Shown: positions 11,556 to 25,577, counted from the first letter of the stretch. The stretch is 64,000 nt of DNA from Escherichia coli (GCF_024223415.1 NZ_CP100503.1), one strand, 5' to 3'. A program made the numbers and translations. The notes: generated by a model not told the origin, from the letters alone.

Positions 11556-14500
11556 CTATATTTTTCCGCCTACGCCTTTAAACTTCTCAATAAACGAGAC
11601 GATTTTCTGGAAAACTGCCTGTTTTTTCGTTTTATATTGCGGATTCAACGGACTAAGTTTTGGTAATGTTTCGTTTAATTCTGTGCCATTTTCGGTGGCG
11701 TATTCGCGTTTTAAAGACGTGCGAATATAGCGTTTTGCTGCTTCTTCATTGAGATTTTCTTCTTTTATCAATGCTTCTGCTTCACGTTGCTGTTCGCGTT
11801 GAGCAAATGTAAAGAATGCCTCAATGATACTGGCTTTGTCTGGTAAATCATCCAGGTTCGTTTGCTGAATAAAATCGACCACCAGGCCCTCTTTCGCCCG
11901 GTTTCCCAGGCTTGAACGAATTAAGCGTTTGACCTCTTCGATCATTTCGCCCTTGCCTTTATTTTGTCTGTTGTGTTCGAAAATCAGTCCAAGGATATAA
12001 TCCAGGTTTATTTCCTGAGACTTCAGCAAATCGACCTCAAAAACTACGTCATCCCAGTCAGTGGTTGATTTCTCTTTTTTCTCAGCTTCTTTCTCACGGC
12101 GCTGCCAGTCGCGAATATCGTTATAGGCAGAACGATAATCCTGAATCTTGCGATCAGCAGGGAGACGAATTGTTTGCAATTCAGCGAACTTTTCATCATC
12201 CACATAATGTTCTGCTTTGAATTTTTCTACCGCAACAGGATCGCTAAGATCGATTTGTTGCAGGGCTTTTAGCGTGGCAAATTCATCATAGTTTTGCAGG
12301 ATGTTCTCGGCACGCAGGTATTCGCCAAACAGTTTAACGAAGTCTTTCTTCTCTTTTTCACTTTCAATACTGGTAGGGTCAGGGAACCGTTGTTCCAGTT
12401 CTGAAACTACTGTCATGAAGCCGCGTTTAGCTTCACCAGTGGCAGCATCAGTAAAGCCTTCCATATACTCTGCATAACTCTTTTCTAAAACCACATTTTT
12501 GGTATTTTTGTCACCAAACAGCGTTATGGCATCAATGGTTGAGCGTTCCAGATCCCGGAACGTGACGATATTACCGAAGGTTTTAGTCGCGTCATAAATG
12601 CGGTTGGTGCGGGAGAATGCTTGCATCAGGCCGTGAAAACGCAAGTTTTTATCGACGAATAGCGTGTTCAATGTTGGAGCGTCGAATCCGGTTAAAAACA
12701 TCCCAACGACAATTAACAGATCGATATCCTGATTTTTAACCCGTTGGGCTAAATCACGATAGTAGTTCTGAAAACCGTTACTGTCGGTACTGAAGTTAGT
12801 TTTAAAATAGCTGTTATATTCACGAATTGCAGCGTCGAGAAACTCTTTAGCACTGCTGTCCATTGCGCTGGTATCAAAAGTTTCATCGGAAATTTCACCA
12901 ATAGCATTTTGTTCTTCATTAGCGGCAAAGGAGAAGATTGTCGCAACACGTAGTGGTTTATAGGTAGCAGATTTATTAGCGGCTTCCTCTTGTAACCGTT
13001 TAAACGTCGCGTAATAGGCTTTCGCGGCATCCACGCTGCTCACTGCCAGCATGGCATTAAAACCTTTGGAGCCAGGGAAAGTACGGTGGGTTTTCTGGCG
13101 GAAGTTATTCAGGATATATTGCGTAATTTCCTGAATACGCATGGGATGAAGGAACGCCTGCTGATTTTCAGCCGCACTCAGTTTTTTCTCGTCAGTTTCT
13201 GTCTCTAAAGACTTAAACTGTGGCCGCACATCGTTGTAGTCCACCTTGAATTTAAGCACTTTTTCATCACGAATCGCATCGGTAATTACATACGAATGCA
13301 ATTCACGACCAAATACGCTGGCGGTTGTTTCTGAGCCTAAGGCGTTTTCCGGGAAAATAGGGGTGCCGGTAAAACCAAACTGATAATAGCGTTTGAATTT
13401 CTTCTTCAGGTTTTTCTGCGCTTCTCCAAACTGGCTGCGGTGGCATTCATCAAATATAAACACCACTTGCTGATTATATACAGGCAGGTCGCTTTCTGCT
13501 TTCATCAGGTTATTGAGTTTCTGAATAGTAGTGACGATAATTTTGTTATCGTCCTTATCCAGATTTCGTTTAAGGCCTGCGGTATTTTCCGAGCCGTTGA
13601 CGCTGTCTGGCGAAAAACGCTGATATTCCTTCATGGTCTGGTAATCGAGGTCTTTCCTGTCGACCACAAAGAAGACTTTATCAATAAAGTCCAGCTCTGT
13701 TGCCAGACGCGCGGCTTTAAAGCTGGTGAGGGTTTTACCAGAACCGGTAGTGTGCCAGATATACCCACCGCTTTCCGGTTTTGACCAGTTCTTCGCTGTA
13801 AAGGAACTCTTAATTTTCCACAGAATGCGCTCGGTGGCGGCAATCTGGTACGGTCGCATCACCAGTAGCGTCTGACTACTGTCAAAAACGCTGTAGTTCA
13901 CCAGAACATTCAGCAGAGTATGTTTCTGGAAAAAGGTAGCGGTAAAGTCTTTGAGGTCTTTAATCAGCGTGTTGTCTGATTTCGCCCAATTCATGGTGAA
14001 GTCAAAACTGTTTTTATCGCGCTTTGTCGTGTTGGCAAAATAACGGGTATCGGTGCCGTTAGAAATGACAAACAGTTGCAGATACTTAAACAGGGAATTT
14101 TCGCTGTTAAAACTCTCTTTACTGTAACGATGTATCTGGTTGAAAGCCTCACGAATCGCCACCCCGCGTTTTTTTAGTTCGATTTGCACCAGCGGTAAAC
14201 CATTAACCAGGATCGTGACGTCATAACGGTTAGCATGAGAACCCGTCTGTTCAAACTGCTGGATAATCTGCACCTTATTGCGCATGAGATTCTTTTTATC
14301 TATCAAATAGATGTTCTCAAGACGCCCGTCATCAAAAATAAAGTCGCAAATATAGTCGATATGGATATTACGGGTCTTATCCAGAATGCCATCACTCGGG
14401 TTGTCCAGATACTGCTCCGTGAAACGCCGCCACTCGCTGTCATTAAATACCACACCATTGAGGCTCTGAAGCTGTTCCCGAACATTGGACAGCATCGCCA

Positions 14501-14672
14501 ACTGTGATTTTACCGAAATAAATTCATAGCCCTGATTCCGCAGGTCCTGAATCAGTTCCCGTTCCAGGTCCGATTCGCTCTGGTAGCTGTCGCCTGTTTG
14601 CTCAGCTTTGATGTACTTATCAAGGACGATAAAGTTATTGGATTCAGCAATGGTGTGTATCTGATGAGTCAT
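11556..14672 (-). CDS. hsdR: Type I restriction endonuclease subunit R (EcoR124-like, type IC)
   Basis: 1038 aa; Walker A TTGSGKT, DECH box, N-terminal nuclease region; matches my recollection of EcoR124 HsdR. Confidence 0.9.
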   Translation of the reverse strand: MTHQIHTIAESNNFIVLDKYIKAEQTGDSYQSESDLERELIQDLRNQGYEFISVKSQLAMLSNVREQLQSLNGVVFNDSEWRRFTEQYLDNPSDGILDKTRNIHIDYICDFIFDDGRLENIYLIDKKNLMRNKVQIIQQFEQTGSHANRYDVTILVNGLPLVQIELKKRGVAIREAFNQIHRYSKESFNSENSLFKYLQLFVISNGTDTRYFANTTKRDKNSFDFTMNWAKSDNTLIKDLKDFTATFFQKHTLLNVLVNYSVFDSSQTLLVMRPYQIAATERILWKIKSSFTAKNWSKPESGGYIWHTTGSGKTLTSFKAARLATELDFIDKVFFVVDRKDLDYQTMKEYQRFSPDSVNGSENTAGLKRNLDKDDNKIIVTTIQKLNNLMKAESDLPVYNQQVVFIFDECHRSQFGEAQKNLKKKFKRYYQFGFTGTPIFPENALGSETTASVFGRELHSYVITDAIRDEKVLKFKVDYNDVRPQFKSLETETDEKKLSAAENQQAFLHPMRIQEITQYILNNFRQKTHRTFPGSKGFNAMLAVSSVDAAKAYYATFKRLQEEAANKSATYKPLRVATIFSFAANEEQNAIGEISDETFDTSAMDSSAKEFLDAAIREYNSYFKTNFSTDSNGFQNYYRDLAQRVKNQDIDLLIVVGMFLTGFDAPTLNTLFVDKNLRFHGLMQAFSRTNRIYDATKTFGNIVTFRDLERSTIDAITLFGDKNTKNVVLEKSYAEYMEGFTDAATGEAKRGFMTVVSELEQRFPDPTSIESEKEKKDFVKLFGEYLRAENILQNYDEFATLKALQQIDLSDPVAVEKFKAEHYVDDEKFAELQTIRLPADRKIQDYRSAYNDIRDWQRREKEAEKKEKSTTDWDDVVFEVDLLKSQEINLDYILGLIFEHNRQNKGKGEMIEEVKRLIRSSLGNRAKEGLVVDFIQQTNLDDLPDKASIIEAFFTFAQREQQREAEALIKEENLNEEAAKRYIRTSLKREYATENGTELNETLPKLSPLNPQYKTKKQAVFQKIVSFIEKFKGVGGKI

Positions 14673-14793
14673 AGCGCATCCTTTGTCCCGCCTGGCAAGG
14701 GCCGGAAGGGCGTTAAGAGTGACTTCCGGCGCGTAAAAAATAGTCTATATACAGACCGGGTGTTAAGGTGGCCCGGTCGGTAGCAATGGTCAA

Positions 14794-16028
<1,235 letters not shown>

Positions 16029-16032
<4 letters not shown>

Positions 16033-17591
16033 TTCTGCACCTCGCAGCCTTCAATTTCAGCCACAATCGCATCAATATCTTTACGCAATTGGTCGATTTT
16101 GCTGACCGTGGTTTTCAGCTCTGCATTCAACTCAGCGATATCGATAATTTCGCGAGTATCTTTCGCTTCCACATAGCTGCTCACCGACAGGTTATAGTCA
16201 TTAGCTACAACGGTCTCAAACGCGACAGATTTTGCCAGATGAGCAACATCTTCCTTGCTGGTGAATACCTGCATAATTTGTTCGATATGGGCATCGGTCA
16301 GGATATTGTTGTTGGTCTCTTTTTTGAACAGTTCGCTGGCATCAATAAACTGAACGTTGGTATCCGTTTTATGTTTGGACAGAACCAGAATGTTTACGGC
16401 AATGGTGGTGCCAAAGAACAGGTTCGGTGCCAGTGAAATCACGGTTTCGACATAGTTATTGTCAACCAGATACTGACGGATTTTCTGCTCCGCGCCGCCA
16501 CGGTAAAAAATGCCCGGGAAGCAGACAATCGCAGCACGACCTTTGGCAGAAAGATAGTTCAGCGCATGTAATACAAACGCAAAGTCAGCTTTGGATTTGG
16601 GGGCCAGAACGCCAGCCGGGGCAAAACGCTCATCGTTAATCAGCGTCGGGTCATCGCTGCCAATCCATTTCACCGAATACGGCGGGTTAGAAACGATGGC
16701 ATCAAACGGTTTTTCATCTCTGAAGTGCGGTTCAGTCAGCGTATTGCCCAGCTTGATATCAAACTTGTCGTAGTTGATGTTGTGCAAAAACATGTTCATA
16801 CGTGCCAGGTTATAGGTCGTATGGTTGATTTCCTGTCCGAAAAAGCCTTCTTCAATGATATGGTTATCAAACTGCTTTTTAGCCTGCAACAACAGCGAAC
16901 CGGAACCTGCTGCCGGGTCGTAGATTTTGTTAACGTGGGTCTGCCCGTGCATAGCCAGTTGTGCAATCAGCTTAGAGACGTGCTGTGGTGTAAAGAACTC
17001 GCCGCCTGACTTACCGGCATTCGCGGCATAGTTAGAAATCAGAAACTCATAGGCATCGCCAAACAGGTCAATCTGATGTTCGTTAAAGTCGCCAAGCTTT
17101 AATCCTTCAACCCCTTTCAGAACCGCAGCCAGGCGGGCATTTTTATCCTTAACGGTGTTACCCAGGCGGTTACTGGTGGTATCGAAATCAGCAAACAAAC
17201 CTTTGATGTCTGCTTCTGAAGGATAACCGTAAGCAGAACTTTCGATAGCAACGAAGATGCTGTTTAAATCTGCATTCAGTCTGTCATTAGTATTTGCTTT
17301 CGCAGCTACGTTGCAGAAAAGCTGACTTGGGTAGATGAAGTAGCCTTTGGTTTTGATGGCATCGTCTTTAATGTCATCAGTAATTACGCTGTCATCCAGT
17401 TTCGCATAACAGATACTGTCATCACCGGCTTCAATATAGCTGGAAAAATTTTCGCTGATAAAACGGTAGAAAAGTGCGCCCAGAACGTATTGCTTAAAAT
17501 CCCATCCATCGACCGAACCCCTGACATCGTTAGCAATTTGCCAGATTTGACGATGAAGCTCTGCGCGTTGTTGAATACTTGTCATTTTCAT
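16029..17591 (-). CDS. hsdM: Type I R-M N6-adenine methyltransferase subunit M
   Basis: 520 aa; NPPY motif ([10 protein letters not shown]) and AdoMet-binding motif. Confidence 0.9.
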
Positions 17592-17767
17592 CCACTTATT
17601 TCAGGCTTATGTAATTGGCGGTGATTCTACAGCAACTTGGATGCTTTAGCAGTTCGGACATTAGGCTACGAATGATCTGCCTAGAGGTTTGTTAAGCCGC
17701 AAAGTGCTGGTGCTTTATGCCTGTGAAGTTTATAATTGTGTACACATAACGAGTACATGAGGTATTT

Positions 17768-17989
17768 ATGCAATCCATTAACTTCCGTACCGCGCGCGGC
17801 AACCTTTCTGAAGTGCTCAACAATGTTGAGGCCGGGGAAGAGGTTGAAATCACCCGCAGAGGCCGTGAGCCAGCAGTAATTGTCAGCAAGGCTACTTTCG
17901 AAGCCTACAAAAAAGCGGCGCTGGATGCTGAATTTGCATCCCTGTTTGACACCCTGGACTCCACCAACAAGGAACTGGTTAACCGATAA
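17768..17989 (+). CDS. phd: Phd antitoxin (prevent host death)
   Basis: 73 aa; matches P1 Phd as I recall it. Confidence 0.9.
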   Translation: MQSINFRTARGNLSEVLNNVEAGEEVEITRRGREPAVIVSKATFEAYKKAALDAEFASLFDTLDSTNKELVNR

Positions 17990-18369
17990 TGAGGCATATA
18001 TCACCGGAAGAACTTATTGCGCTTCATGATGCGAATATAAACCGCTACGGCGGCCTGCCGGGAATGTCAGATCCGGGTAGGGCAGAGGCCATTATCGGGA
18101 GAGTTCAGGCCAGAGTTGCCTACGAAGAGATCACCGACCTTTTCGAAGTCTCCGCCACCTACCTGGTGGCTACAGCGAGAGGGCATATATTCAATGATGC
18201 CAATAAGCGTACCGCGCTAAACAGCGCGCTGCTATTTCTACGCCGTAACGGGGTGCAGGTATTTGATTCACCTGAACTGGCAGACCTTACTGTAGGCGCT
18301 GCGACTGGCGAGATATCTGTATCTTCTGTCGCCGACACGTTACGTAGATTGTATGGTTCTGCGGAGTAG
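17989..18369 (+). CDS. doc: Doc toxin (Fic-fold kinase, death on curing)
   Basis: 126 aa; overlaps phd stop (ATGA); HIFNDANKR Fic-like motif. Confidence 0.9.
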   Translation: MRHISPEELIALHDANINRYGGLPGMSDPGRAEAIIGRVQARVAYEEITDLFEVSATYLVATARGHIFNDANKRTALNSALLFLRRNGVQVFDSPELADLTVGAATGEISVSSVADTLRRLYGSAE

Positions 18370-18553
18370 ATTAATGGCACGCAAATACAACAAATTGTCC
18401 CGTGAAGCGTTAAAGATGCTTCTTGATGGCGTGAGTCGCCGCGAGGTAAAGCAATACCTGGCTGGTAAGCAAATTGGTGCCAGGACCGCTATTGCTGTGT
18501 TATGCCGTCAGGAAATGGTTGTGCTTAAACAGAGAATGCCGGGCAGCAGATAA
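18353..18553 (+). CDS. pdcA: Post-doc protein A-like
   Basis: 66 aa ORF immediately after doc; named by position. Confidence 0.45.
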   Translation: MVLRSRLMARKYNKLSREALKMLLDGVSRREVKQYLAGKQIGARTAIAVLCRQEMVVLKQRMPGSR

Positions 18554-18580
18554 AGCCCAATCAGTGATGAAAGGTGTGAT

Positions 18581-19624
18581 GTGAAAGCCGTAATTACTCC
18601 CTTTGTACAAAAAGAGCTTGGCGTCGCCACATTCAAAGTGGATCAGGAAGTCAGAAAGCTGGTGGAGGCTGGCCGTAAATTTATTATGGAGCCGGTGCCG
18701 CGTGAGTTAATCGAGCACATGGACGACGGCCTCGTTGTTTCCGAGCAAACTATGGCAACAAATGAGGCGTTGCAGCCGTTTTTTAACAGCGATGAACTGT
18801 TTCGCCGTATTGGTGGAATTGACTCGCTGGTGGCGTGGTTGCGCAGGAAAGAGGGGCAATGCCAGGCCGCAGATCGTAGCTGGTGTGACAACCATATTGT
18901 CCACGCTGAACGAGACAATAGCGCGGTGTTGTTGTGCTGGCATCACGATAACCATTACCGGATGCGTGGTTTTAATGAGCTGAAAGAAACGCTGCACAAT
19001 AATCGCGTTAACTGGATACTGGATGTCGCCCGTCAGGAAATGGGGCTTTCAGATGGCCATGATTTAAGTATTCAGGAACTGTGCTGGTGGGCTTTCATGC
19101 GCAACATGATGCACCTGATGCCGGAAGAAGTTTGCCGTATATCAATAAATAAGATGAAAGCCGCAACGCAGGATAGCGGACCTCTGAAAGAGGCGGATAT
19201 TCGCCCGTATGACGATCGCGCTACAGCATATGTTCAGATGATGGAAGAACGCGCCGCGCCGATGCGTGCAAAAGTATGCCCTGTGGATGTTGACTCCGAC
19301 CCTGGCATGGCGCATTTCAAAATACCAAAACTTCAATCGCTAAAATTGCCCGAGTACATGGACTTTGTGGCTTCCCGTCCATGCTGTGGCTGTGGAGCTG
19401 CGGGAGCTGGCGCTCACATTACGCCTTATATCGTTCGTCATAGTCGATTATGCGCGCATGACATTTATGCTATTCCTCTGTGCCAGTCATGCCAGCGTGA
19501 TATTGAGCGTGACCGCGATAATTGGGAGAAGACGCACGGTAGGCTGGCGATGCATCAACGATTGTTCTTTGATTACGCGCTTGGAGTCGGCGCTATCACA
19601 AGTCATTCGTCGAGCGTTAGATAA
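18581..19624 (+). CDS. pdcB: Post-doc protein B-like (Cys-rich)
   Basis: 347 aa ORF between doc and lpa; named by position. Confidence 0.5.
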   Translation: MKAVITPFVQKELGVATFKVDQEVRKLVEAGRKFIMEPVPRELIEHMDDGLVVSEQTMATNEALQPFFNSDELFRRIGGIDSLVAWLRRKEGQCQAADRSWCDNHIVHAERDNSAVLLCWHHDNHYRMRGFNELKETLHNNRVNWILDVARQEMGLSDGHDLSIQELCWWAFMRNMMHLMPEEVCRISINKMKAATQDSGPLKEADIRPYDDRATAYVQMMEERAAPMRAKVCPVDVDSDPGMAHFKIPKLQSLKLPEYMDFVASRPCCGCGAAGAGAHITPYIVRHSRLCAHDIYAIPLCQSCQRDIERDRDNWEKTHGRLAMHQRLFFDYALGVGAITSHSSSVR

Positions 19625-19625
19625 A

Positions 19626-19642
19626 ATTGCTCTAATGTATTG
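19626..19642 (+). promoter_or_regulatory. C1 operator upstream of lpa
   Basis: ATTGCTCTAATGTATTG. Confidence 0.55.
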
Positions 19643-19712
19643 CTATTTCTTTAATCGAGGGTATTATATCCCACGTTGATTAGTTGACATGGGCTAATCA
19701 GTAGGTGACAGG

Positions 19713-20165
19713 ATGTTACTTAACTGGCAGGGACGCCACTTCATGGAAATAAATCACTCACGAATAACATCGTATGAGATTGCGGATTACATGATCCGCA
19801 CTAAATCTCTTCTATCAGCGAAAGAACTCGCAGCAATCCTTGAAAAGGAATACCCGCATCTGGATGTCGATAAGCGCGATGTTTATCTGCGCTTAAAGGC
19901 TATCGCTGTGTCTAAGTATTCGTCTGTTTTGATTGATGACAGTACACGCCCACGTAGATTTCAGATCCACTCTCTGAATCCTGAATTCTTTCGCCGCAGC
20001 CGCGCGCCGCGCCGGTTTGATGAAAAACTCCAGAACGAACTCTATATGACGCAGGACGAAAAGGAACGCCGGGAGCACCAGCCTTGGGTAATGGCGCGTC
20101 AACTTTTCAATAAGGTGGCCCGTCAGCACCGTCATTACGGTAATGCCACATCCGCACGTATGTGA
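19713..20165 (+). CDS. lpa: Late promoter activator
   Basis: 150 aa ORF downstream of a C1 operator and upstream of pacA; size and position as in P1. Confidence 0.6.
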   Translation: MLLNWQGRHFMEINHSRITSYEIADYMIRTKSLLSAKELAAILEKEYPHLDVDKRDVYLRLKAIAVSKYSSVLIDDSTRPRRFQIHSLNPEFFRRSRAPRRFDEKLQNELYMTQDEKERREHQPWVMARQLFNKVARQHRHYGNATSARM

Positions 20166-20250
20166 TTGATTGCTTGCCCGTTCCGGGCCTTTTGACATGT
20201 GACTTTCGTTACCCTCGCGTCAAAAAGAGTTTTTACGAAAGGAAGCATAA

Positions 20251-21444
20251 GTGACCTGGGACGATCACAAGAAGAATTTTGCTCGCCTGGCGCGAGATGG
20301 TGGTTACACCATCGCACAGTATGCCGCCGAGTTTAATCTTAACCCTAATACTGCACGTCGTTATCTCCGTGCCTTCAAAGAAGACACCAGGACAGCGGAC
20401 AGCCGCAAGCCAAATAAGCCAGTCAGGAAGCCACTAAAAAGCATGATCATTGATCACTCTAATGATCAACATGCAGGTGATCACATTGCGGCTGAAATAG
20501 CGGAAAAACAAAGGGTTAATGCCGTTGTCAGTGCCGCAGTCGAGAACGCGAAGCGCCAGAATAAGCGCATAAATGATCGTTCTGATGATCATGACGTGAT
20601 CACCCGCGCCCACCGGACCTTACGTGATCGCCTGGAACGCGACACCCTGGATGATGATGGTGAACGCTTTGAATTCGAAGCTGGCGATTACCTGATAGAT
20701 AACGTTGAAGCGCGGAAGGCCGCTCGCGCTATGTTGCGTCGGTCCGGGGCTGATGTTCTGGAAACCACTCTTCTGGAAAAGTCTCTCTCTCATCTCCTTA
20801 TGCTGGAGAACGCCAGGGATACGTGTATTCGCCTGGTGCAGGAAATGCGCGATCAGCAAAAAGACGATGATGAAGGGACTCCGCCTGAATATCGTATCGC
20901 GAGCATGCTAAACAGCTGTTCCGCGCAGATAAGCAGCCTGATCAACACCATTTACAGCATCCGGAATAACTATCGAAAAGAAAGCCGGGAGGCGGAAAAG
21001 CACGCTTTATCTATGGGGCAAGCTGGCATTGTTAAGCTGGCATACGAACGAAAGCGTGAAAATAACTGGTCAGTGCTGGAAGCAGCTGAATTCATCGAGG
21101 CGCATGGCGGAAAAGTGCCGCCCCTGATGCTGGAGCAAATCAAAGCCGATCTGCGTGCTCCTAAGACCAATACCGATGATGAGGAAAACCAAACAGCATC
21201 TGGCGCTCCATCACTTGAAGATCTGGATAAAATCGCGCGAGAACGGGCCGCCAGCCGCCGCGCTGATGCCGCATTGTGGATTGAGCATCGTAGAGAAGAA
21301 ATTGCCGATATCGTCGATACAGGTGGTTATGGTGATGTCGATGCGGAAGGCATATCAAACGAAGCATGGCTTGAACAGGATCTGGACGAAGACGAGGAGG
21401 AAGACGAAGAAGTTACCCGCAAACTGTACGGGGATGATGATTAA
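20251..21444 (+). CDS. pacA: Pacase (terminase) small subunit PacA
   Basis: 397 aa; GTG start; contains the pac site within its coding sequence. Confidence 0.8.
   Translation: MTWDDHKKNFARLARDGGYTIAQYAAEFNLNPNTARRYLRAFKEDTRTADSRKPNKPVRKPLKSMIIDHSNDQHAGDHIAAEIAEKQRVNAVVSAAVENAKRQNKRINDRSDDHDVITRAHRTLRDRLERDTLDDDGERFEFEAGDYLIDNVEARKAARAMLRRSGADVLETTLLEKSLSHLLMLENARDTCIRLVQEMRDQQKDDDEGTPPEYRIASMLNSCSAQISSLINTIYSIRNNYRKESREAEKHALSMGQAGIVKLAYERKRENNWSVLEAAEFIEAHGGKVPPLMLEQIKADLRAPKTNTDDEENQTASGAPSLEDLDKIARERAASRRADAALWIEHRREEIADIVDTGGYGDVDAEGISNEAWLEQDLDEDEEEDEEVTRKLYGDDD
20444..20602 (+). other. pac: pac packaging site: 4 + 3 TGATC(A/G) hexamers flanking the cleavage region
   Basis: TGATCA at 20444, 20451, 20463, 20478; TGATCG/TGATCA at 20574, 20586, 20597; each carries a GATC Dam site. 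Confidence 0.8.
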
Positions 21445-22928
21445 TGGCCAGAAGTTGCGTAACGGACCCACGTTGGCGCGAGCTTGTGGCGCTATATCGT
21501 TATGACTGGATTGCGGCCGCTGATGTGTTGTTTGGGAAGACACCAACCTGGCAGCAGGATGAGATCATTGAGTCCACGCAGCAGGACGGCAGTTGGACAA
21601 GTGTGACCTCCGGCCATGGTACTGGTAAGTCGGATATGACGAGTATCATTGCAATACTCTTCATCATGTTTTTCCCCGGCGCTCGCGTTATTCTGGTCGC
21701 TAACAAAAGACAGCAAGTCCTTGATGGTATTTTCAAATACATAAAGAGCAATTGGGCTACTGCTGTTAGCAGATTCCCGTGGTTGTCGAAGTATTTCATT
21801 CTTACAGAAACGTCTTTTTTTGAGGTGACTGGCAAGGGTGTTTGGACAATATTGATAAAGTCCTGTCGCCCCGGGAATGAGGAGGCGTTGGCTGGTGAAC
21901 ACGCCGATCATCTCTTGTATATCATCGACGAAGCGTCGGGTGTGAGTGATAAAGCATTCAGTGTGATAACAGGTGCGCTGACCGGTAAGGATAACCGTAT
22001 TCTGCTTCTTTCCCAGCCTACGCGACCTTCAGGCTATTTCTACGATTCACACCACAGACTAGCTATTCGCCCGGGAAATCCTGATGGATTGTTTACTGCG
22101 ATAATACTGAATAGTGAAGAATCTCCGCTTGTAGATGCAAAATTTATACGAGCAAAACTTGCGGAGTATGGCGGTCGTGATAACCCCATGTACATGATCA
22201 AAGTACGTGGTGAATTTCCCAAATCTCAAGATGGCTTTCTTCTTGGTCGTGATGAGGTTGAGCGGGCGACGCGGCGAAAGGTCAAGATTGCCAAAGGATG
22301 GGGCTGGGTTGCATGTGTTGACGTTGCTGGTGGCACAGGACGAGATAAGTCCGTTATTAATATCATGATGGTGTCCGGCCAGCGAAATAAACGCCGTGTA
22401 ATCAACTATCGTATGCTGGAATACACAGACGTTACAGAAACGCAGTTAGCCGCCAAGATTTTCGCAGAATGTAACCCAGAACGGTTCCCGAACATAACCA
22501 TAGCTATTGATGGCGATGGCTTGGGGAAATCGACGGCTGATCTAATGTACGAACGCTATGGCATTACCGTCCAGCGTATCCGCTGGGGTAAAAAGATGCA
22601 CAGCCGTGAAGATAAGAGCCTGTACTTTGATAAGCGTGCTTATGCCAACGTTCAAGCCGCAGAGGCCGTAAAATCTGGTCGTATGAGACTGGATAAGGGT
22701 AATGAAACTATTGAGGAAGCGTCGAAAATCCCTGTAGGGATTAACTCCGCAGGTCAATGGAAGGTGATGAGTAAGGAGGATATGAAGAAAAAACTCAACC
22801 TGCACTCACCAGACCATTGGGATACATATTGTTTCGCTATGCTGGCTGATTATGTTCCCCAGGATGAAGTGCTTAGCGTCGAAGACGAAGCGCAGGTTGA
22901 TGAAGCTCTTGCATGGCTTAACGAATAA
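21444..22928 (+). CDS. pacB: Pacase (terminase) large subunit PacB
   Basis: 494 aa; start overlaps pacA stop; ATPase/nuclease-type terminase architecture. Confidence 0.85.
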   Translation: MARSCVTDPRWRELVALYRYDWIAAADVLFGKTPTWQQDEIIESTQQDGSWTSVTSGHGTGKSDMTSIIAILFIMFFPGARVILVANKRQQVLDGIFKYIKSNWATAVSRFPWLSKYFILTETSFFEVTGKGVWTILIKSCRPGNEEALAGEHADHLLYIIDEASGVSDKAFSVITGALTGKDNRILLLSQPTRPSGYFYDSHHRLAIRPGNPDGLFTAIILNSEESPLVDAKFIRAKLAEYGGRDNPMYMIKVRGEFPKSQDGFLLGRDEVERATRRKVKIAKGWGWVACVDVAGGTGRDKSVINIMMVSGQRNKRRVINYRMLEYTDVTETQLAAKIFAECNPERFPNITIAIDGDGLGKSTADLMYERYGITVQRIRWGKKMHSREDKSLYFDKRAYANVQAAEAVKSGRMRLDKGNETIEEASKIPVGINSAGQWKVMSKEDMKKKLNLHSPDHWDTYCFAMLADYVPQDEVLSVEDEAQVDEALAWLNE

Positions 22929-22931
22929 ATA

Positions 22932-22948
22932 TTTGCTCTAATAAATTG
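22932..22948 (+). promoter_or_regulatory. C1 operator of immI-like module A
   Basis: TTTGCTCTAATAAATTG, 4 bp after the pacB stop. Confidence 0.55.
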
Positions 22949-22959
22949 TGTTTTTTGAC

Positions 22960-23100
22960 TGCCGATGTTACATTGAACCTGACCTCTTGCGCCTTGAGGC
23001 TTTTTCGGTTTATGCTTATCAGGCACCTCATTAAAACGGGTGCCGGGATTGGCCTCCCGCTTAAGTCTAAGGCGATACAGACGCCGCTCGCGTCTTTTTT
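22960..23100 (+). ncRNA. c4: Putative c4-like antisense RNA leader of module A
   Basis: Non-coding leader between operator and icd; ends at weak hairpin GACGC-N-GCGTC plus T6 (23080-23100); contains GTCTAAGG element repeated at the icd RBS. Confidence 0.3.
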
Positions 23101-23265
23101 GTATCGGCGTACACGCACACCTCTACAATGGTGGGCTGTATGGGGCTACCTTCGGGTAGGCTGGTTACCTTGGACGCCAGTAAGGCCAACTCCGTACAGT
23201 CCACCGCCAGCAAGATTGGTCTCTTCTGCGGTGGTTACATACCAACGTCTAAGGAGGCTGCCAAT

Positions 23266-23487
23266 ATGGCTACTATCCCTACCCCAACTCATCCTGAATT
23301 TATCTGGCGCTTTTACTCCTGCCAAAAACGTCACTATCACTTCGTTATTGCACCAACAGAAGATGAGGCCCGCTCTCAGCTTCCTGACGCCCCATGTATT
23401 TTCTCTGCCCGTTTTTCCACTGATTCACGCAATTCTCTCAGTTACTGGTGCCTCCCTGTTAACGCTTCTGCTCAGGAGGGACTATGA
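23266..23487 (+). CDS. icd: Icd-like small protein
   Basis: 74 aa from ATG at 23266 with AAGGAGG RBS; shares EFIWRFYSCQKRHYHFVIAPTEDEARSQLPDAPCIFSARF with copies B and C; stop overlaps ant start (ATGA). Confidence 0.6.
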   Translation: MATIPTPTHPEFIWRFYSCQKRHYHFVIAPTEDEARSQLPDAPCIFSARFSTDSRNSLSYWCLPVNASAQEGL

Positions 23488-24599
23488 GAACGTCATTAGT
23501 CACCCGTGAAGAGATGATCGAGGCAATTGAACAGCACACTGCCTGTATCAGTACCAGGGATATACCGGGCGTTATTGCCAACTACTTCATGATCACCAAA
23601 CAACTTTACCGGAGAAAGGACAAGAACGCGGTTCACCGCATTCTGCTAACCGATATCCGCGAATACCTGCTCGAACAGGGTCATCTGAATTACGCAACCG
23701 TCGCAGCCGAAACACGCAAGGAGGCACACAGAATGAAAGCAACTAACGTTAAATCAGAAAAAATTCATGCAACTTCAGTTCAGGAATCAGAGCTGGTGGT
23801 TGTTCAGAATCAGTCTGATGAAATTCCCGTTCTGGAATGGCTGGGAGTGCGTGTAGTGACAACCAAGATCCTTGCTAAGGGGTATGGGACCGATGCGGAT
23901 AACATCAAGAAGAACTTTTCCCGTAATGCTGAACGTTTTTGTGAAGGCAAGCATTTCTATAAAGTTATTGGAGATGATTTGAACAATTTGCGGGTGACTT
24001 TAAGTAACTCACAAAATCCCATCTCTCCTAAAGCCCGTTCACTCATCCTCTGGACAGAACGCGGCGCTGCCCGTCACGCTAAAATGCTCGAAACCGATCA
24101 GGCATGGGCATTCTTTGAAAAACTGGAAGACAGCTACTTCCGGCAAAAAGAACAGCAACCGGTTGCAATCCCCCAAACATTACCAGAAGCCCTACGCCTG
24201 GCTGCCGAACTGGCTGAACAAAAGCAGCTTCTGGAACAGAAAGCCCACCAGCTAAATCAGCAGCTGGTGGCCGCCGCTCCTAAGGTCGATTTTGCCGACC
24301 GGGTATCAGTAGCTAAAGGGATCCTGATTGGGAATTTTGCAAAGGTTGTTGGACTTAAGCAAAACGCGCTGTTTGCCTGGTTACGGGAGAACGGCATCCT
24401 GATAGCGTCCGGTGGACGTAAAAATGTGCCGTTCCAGCAGTACATCAACGCGGGGTATTTCACGGTGAAAGAAGTGGTGCTGGATGATGAAGATGGCTAC
24501 CAGATACGGTTGACGCCTCAATTAACGGGTAAAGGCCAGCAGTGGTTGACGCGTAAACTGCTCGATGCTGGCTTGTTAAAACCGGTGGCGGCTGAATAA
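23484..24599 (+). CDS. ant: Antirepressor Ant paralog A (KilA-C C-terminal domain)
   Basis: 371 aa; translationally coupled to icd; C-terminal domain shared with KilA (43795-44595) and other Ant copies. Confidence 0.7.
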   Translation: MRTSLVTREEMIEAIEQHTACISTRDIPGVIANYFMITKQLYRRKDKNAVHRILLTDIREYLLEQGHLNYATVAAETRKEAHRMKATNVKSEKIHATSVQESELVVVQNQSDEIPVLEWLGVRVVTTKILAKGYGTDADNIKKNFSRNAERFCEGKHFYKVIGDDLNNLRVTLSNSQNPISPKARSLILWTERGAARHAKMLETDQAWAFFEKLEDSYFRQKEQQPVAIPQTLPEALRLAAELAEQKQLLEQKAHQLNQQLVAAAPKVDFADRVSVAKGILIGNFAKVVGLKQNALFAWLRENGILIASGGRKNVPFQQYINAGYFTVKEVVLDDEDGYQIRLTPQLTGKGQQWLTRKLLDAGLLKPVAAE

Positions 24600-24606
24600 T
24601 GGAAGA

Positions 24607-24636
24607 ATGCCCGGTTGATGCCGGGCATAATTTATT
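24607..24636 (+). terminator. Hairpin between convergent ant A and c1
   Basis: ATGCCCGG-TTGATG-CCGGGCAT followed by AATTTATT; same hairpin recurs at 35220. Confidence 0.55.
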
Positions 24637-25483
24637 GCGCGCTTTCGGGGTTGTCGTTTACTGGCTGCCCCTTCTTGGTTTTACGGCTGCGCGTAACTGA
24701 TGCGGCTGACTTAACCTTTTTCTCTTCGCGAGTGATGGCAATTTGTTTTTTTACATTTTCAATATCTGCCAGGCGATATATTTTTGCTTGCGGCCAGCGG
24801 TCGCAGATGATCGGTTCTATGGAGTCATAAAGGCTAAATTTTGCTTTTTCGAATTCACCGTTGATGATAATTCCATCACGGAGAGTTTCATCGCAGATAA
24901 ACACGCCACACAGTGGCACATGGTAACTCACTGATTTACCGTTATTGTAGTTAGGACTACTGGAGATGTAGTGAACGCGCAGCATTGTTTCGCTAAAGCC
25001 GTGTACGCGCATACGGAATTTTTCATCCTCCGGGTACTGCTTCATTAGCTCTTTTGTTGCTTCCAGGTTCTCTATGTATTTCGCACTGTGCTCATTGAAC
25101 CCCGCGCTTTTTTGGATGCGAATGTCCTTATCAATCAGATGAATAATGCGGCCAGCGGTCATGTTGACGCTGTTTACAGCTTCTGTCTGATAGGTCGTAA
25201 CCTTACGCACACCGCGAAGGATGTTAGGCACAGGATATAAAATAGTCTTTGGGATATTGAGGTCTGGGTACTGTTCCAGTTCCCGCGCCATTAAAGTCCA
25301 TTTATCAATTTCAGCCTGAATGCTGTCAGTTTCTTTGAACGGTAGAACGACAACCGGGCGTACAGGACGACCGTCGCTGGCTGTATCAACGTGTTGGGCG
25401 CGTGCAACAGCTTTTTTTAGAAAGAGATCCCTGAAGCTGACGAACTCCTGGTACAGTTGTTCGCCGTAGACATAATTTATCAT
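24632..25483 (-). CDS. c1: C1 primary immunity repressor
   Basis: 283 aa; matches P1 C1 as I recall it; operators cluster upstream. Confidence 0.9.
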   Translation of the reverse strand: MINYVYGEQLYQEFVSFRDLFLKKAVARAQHVDTASDGRPVRPVVVLPFKETDSIQAEIDKWTLMARELEQYPDLNIPKTILYPVPNILRGVRKVTTYQTEAVNSVNMTAGRIIHLIDKDIRIQKSAGFNEHSAKYIENLEATKELMKQYPEDEKFRMRVHGFSETMLRVHYISSSPNYNNGKSVSYHVPLCGVFICDETLRDGIIINGEFEKAKFSLYDSIEPIICDRWPQAKIYRLADIENVKKQIAITREEKKVKSAASVTRSRKTKKGQPVNDNPESAQ

Positions 25484-25577
25484 TGATCCTCCTCCAGAAT
25501 TGACATGGTCAATAACGCCCGGCTGAGAAAACCGGTCATTACTGACCTATATTATAGAGGGATCAAACAAAAATAAT

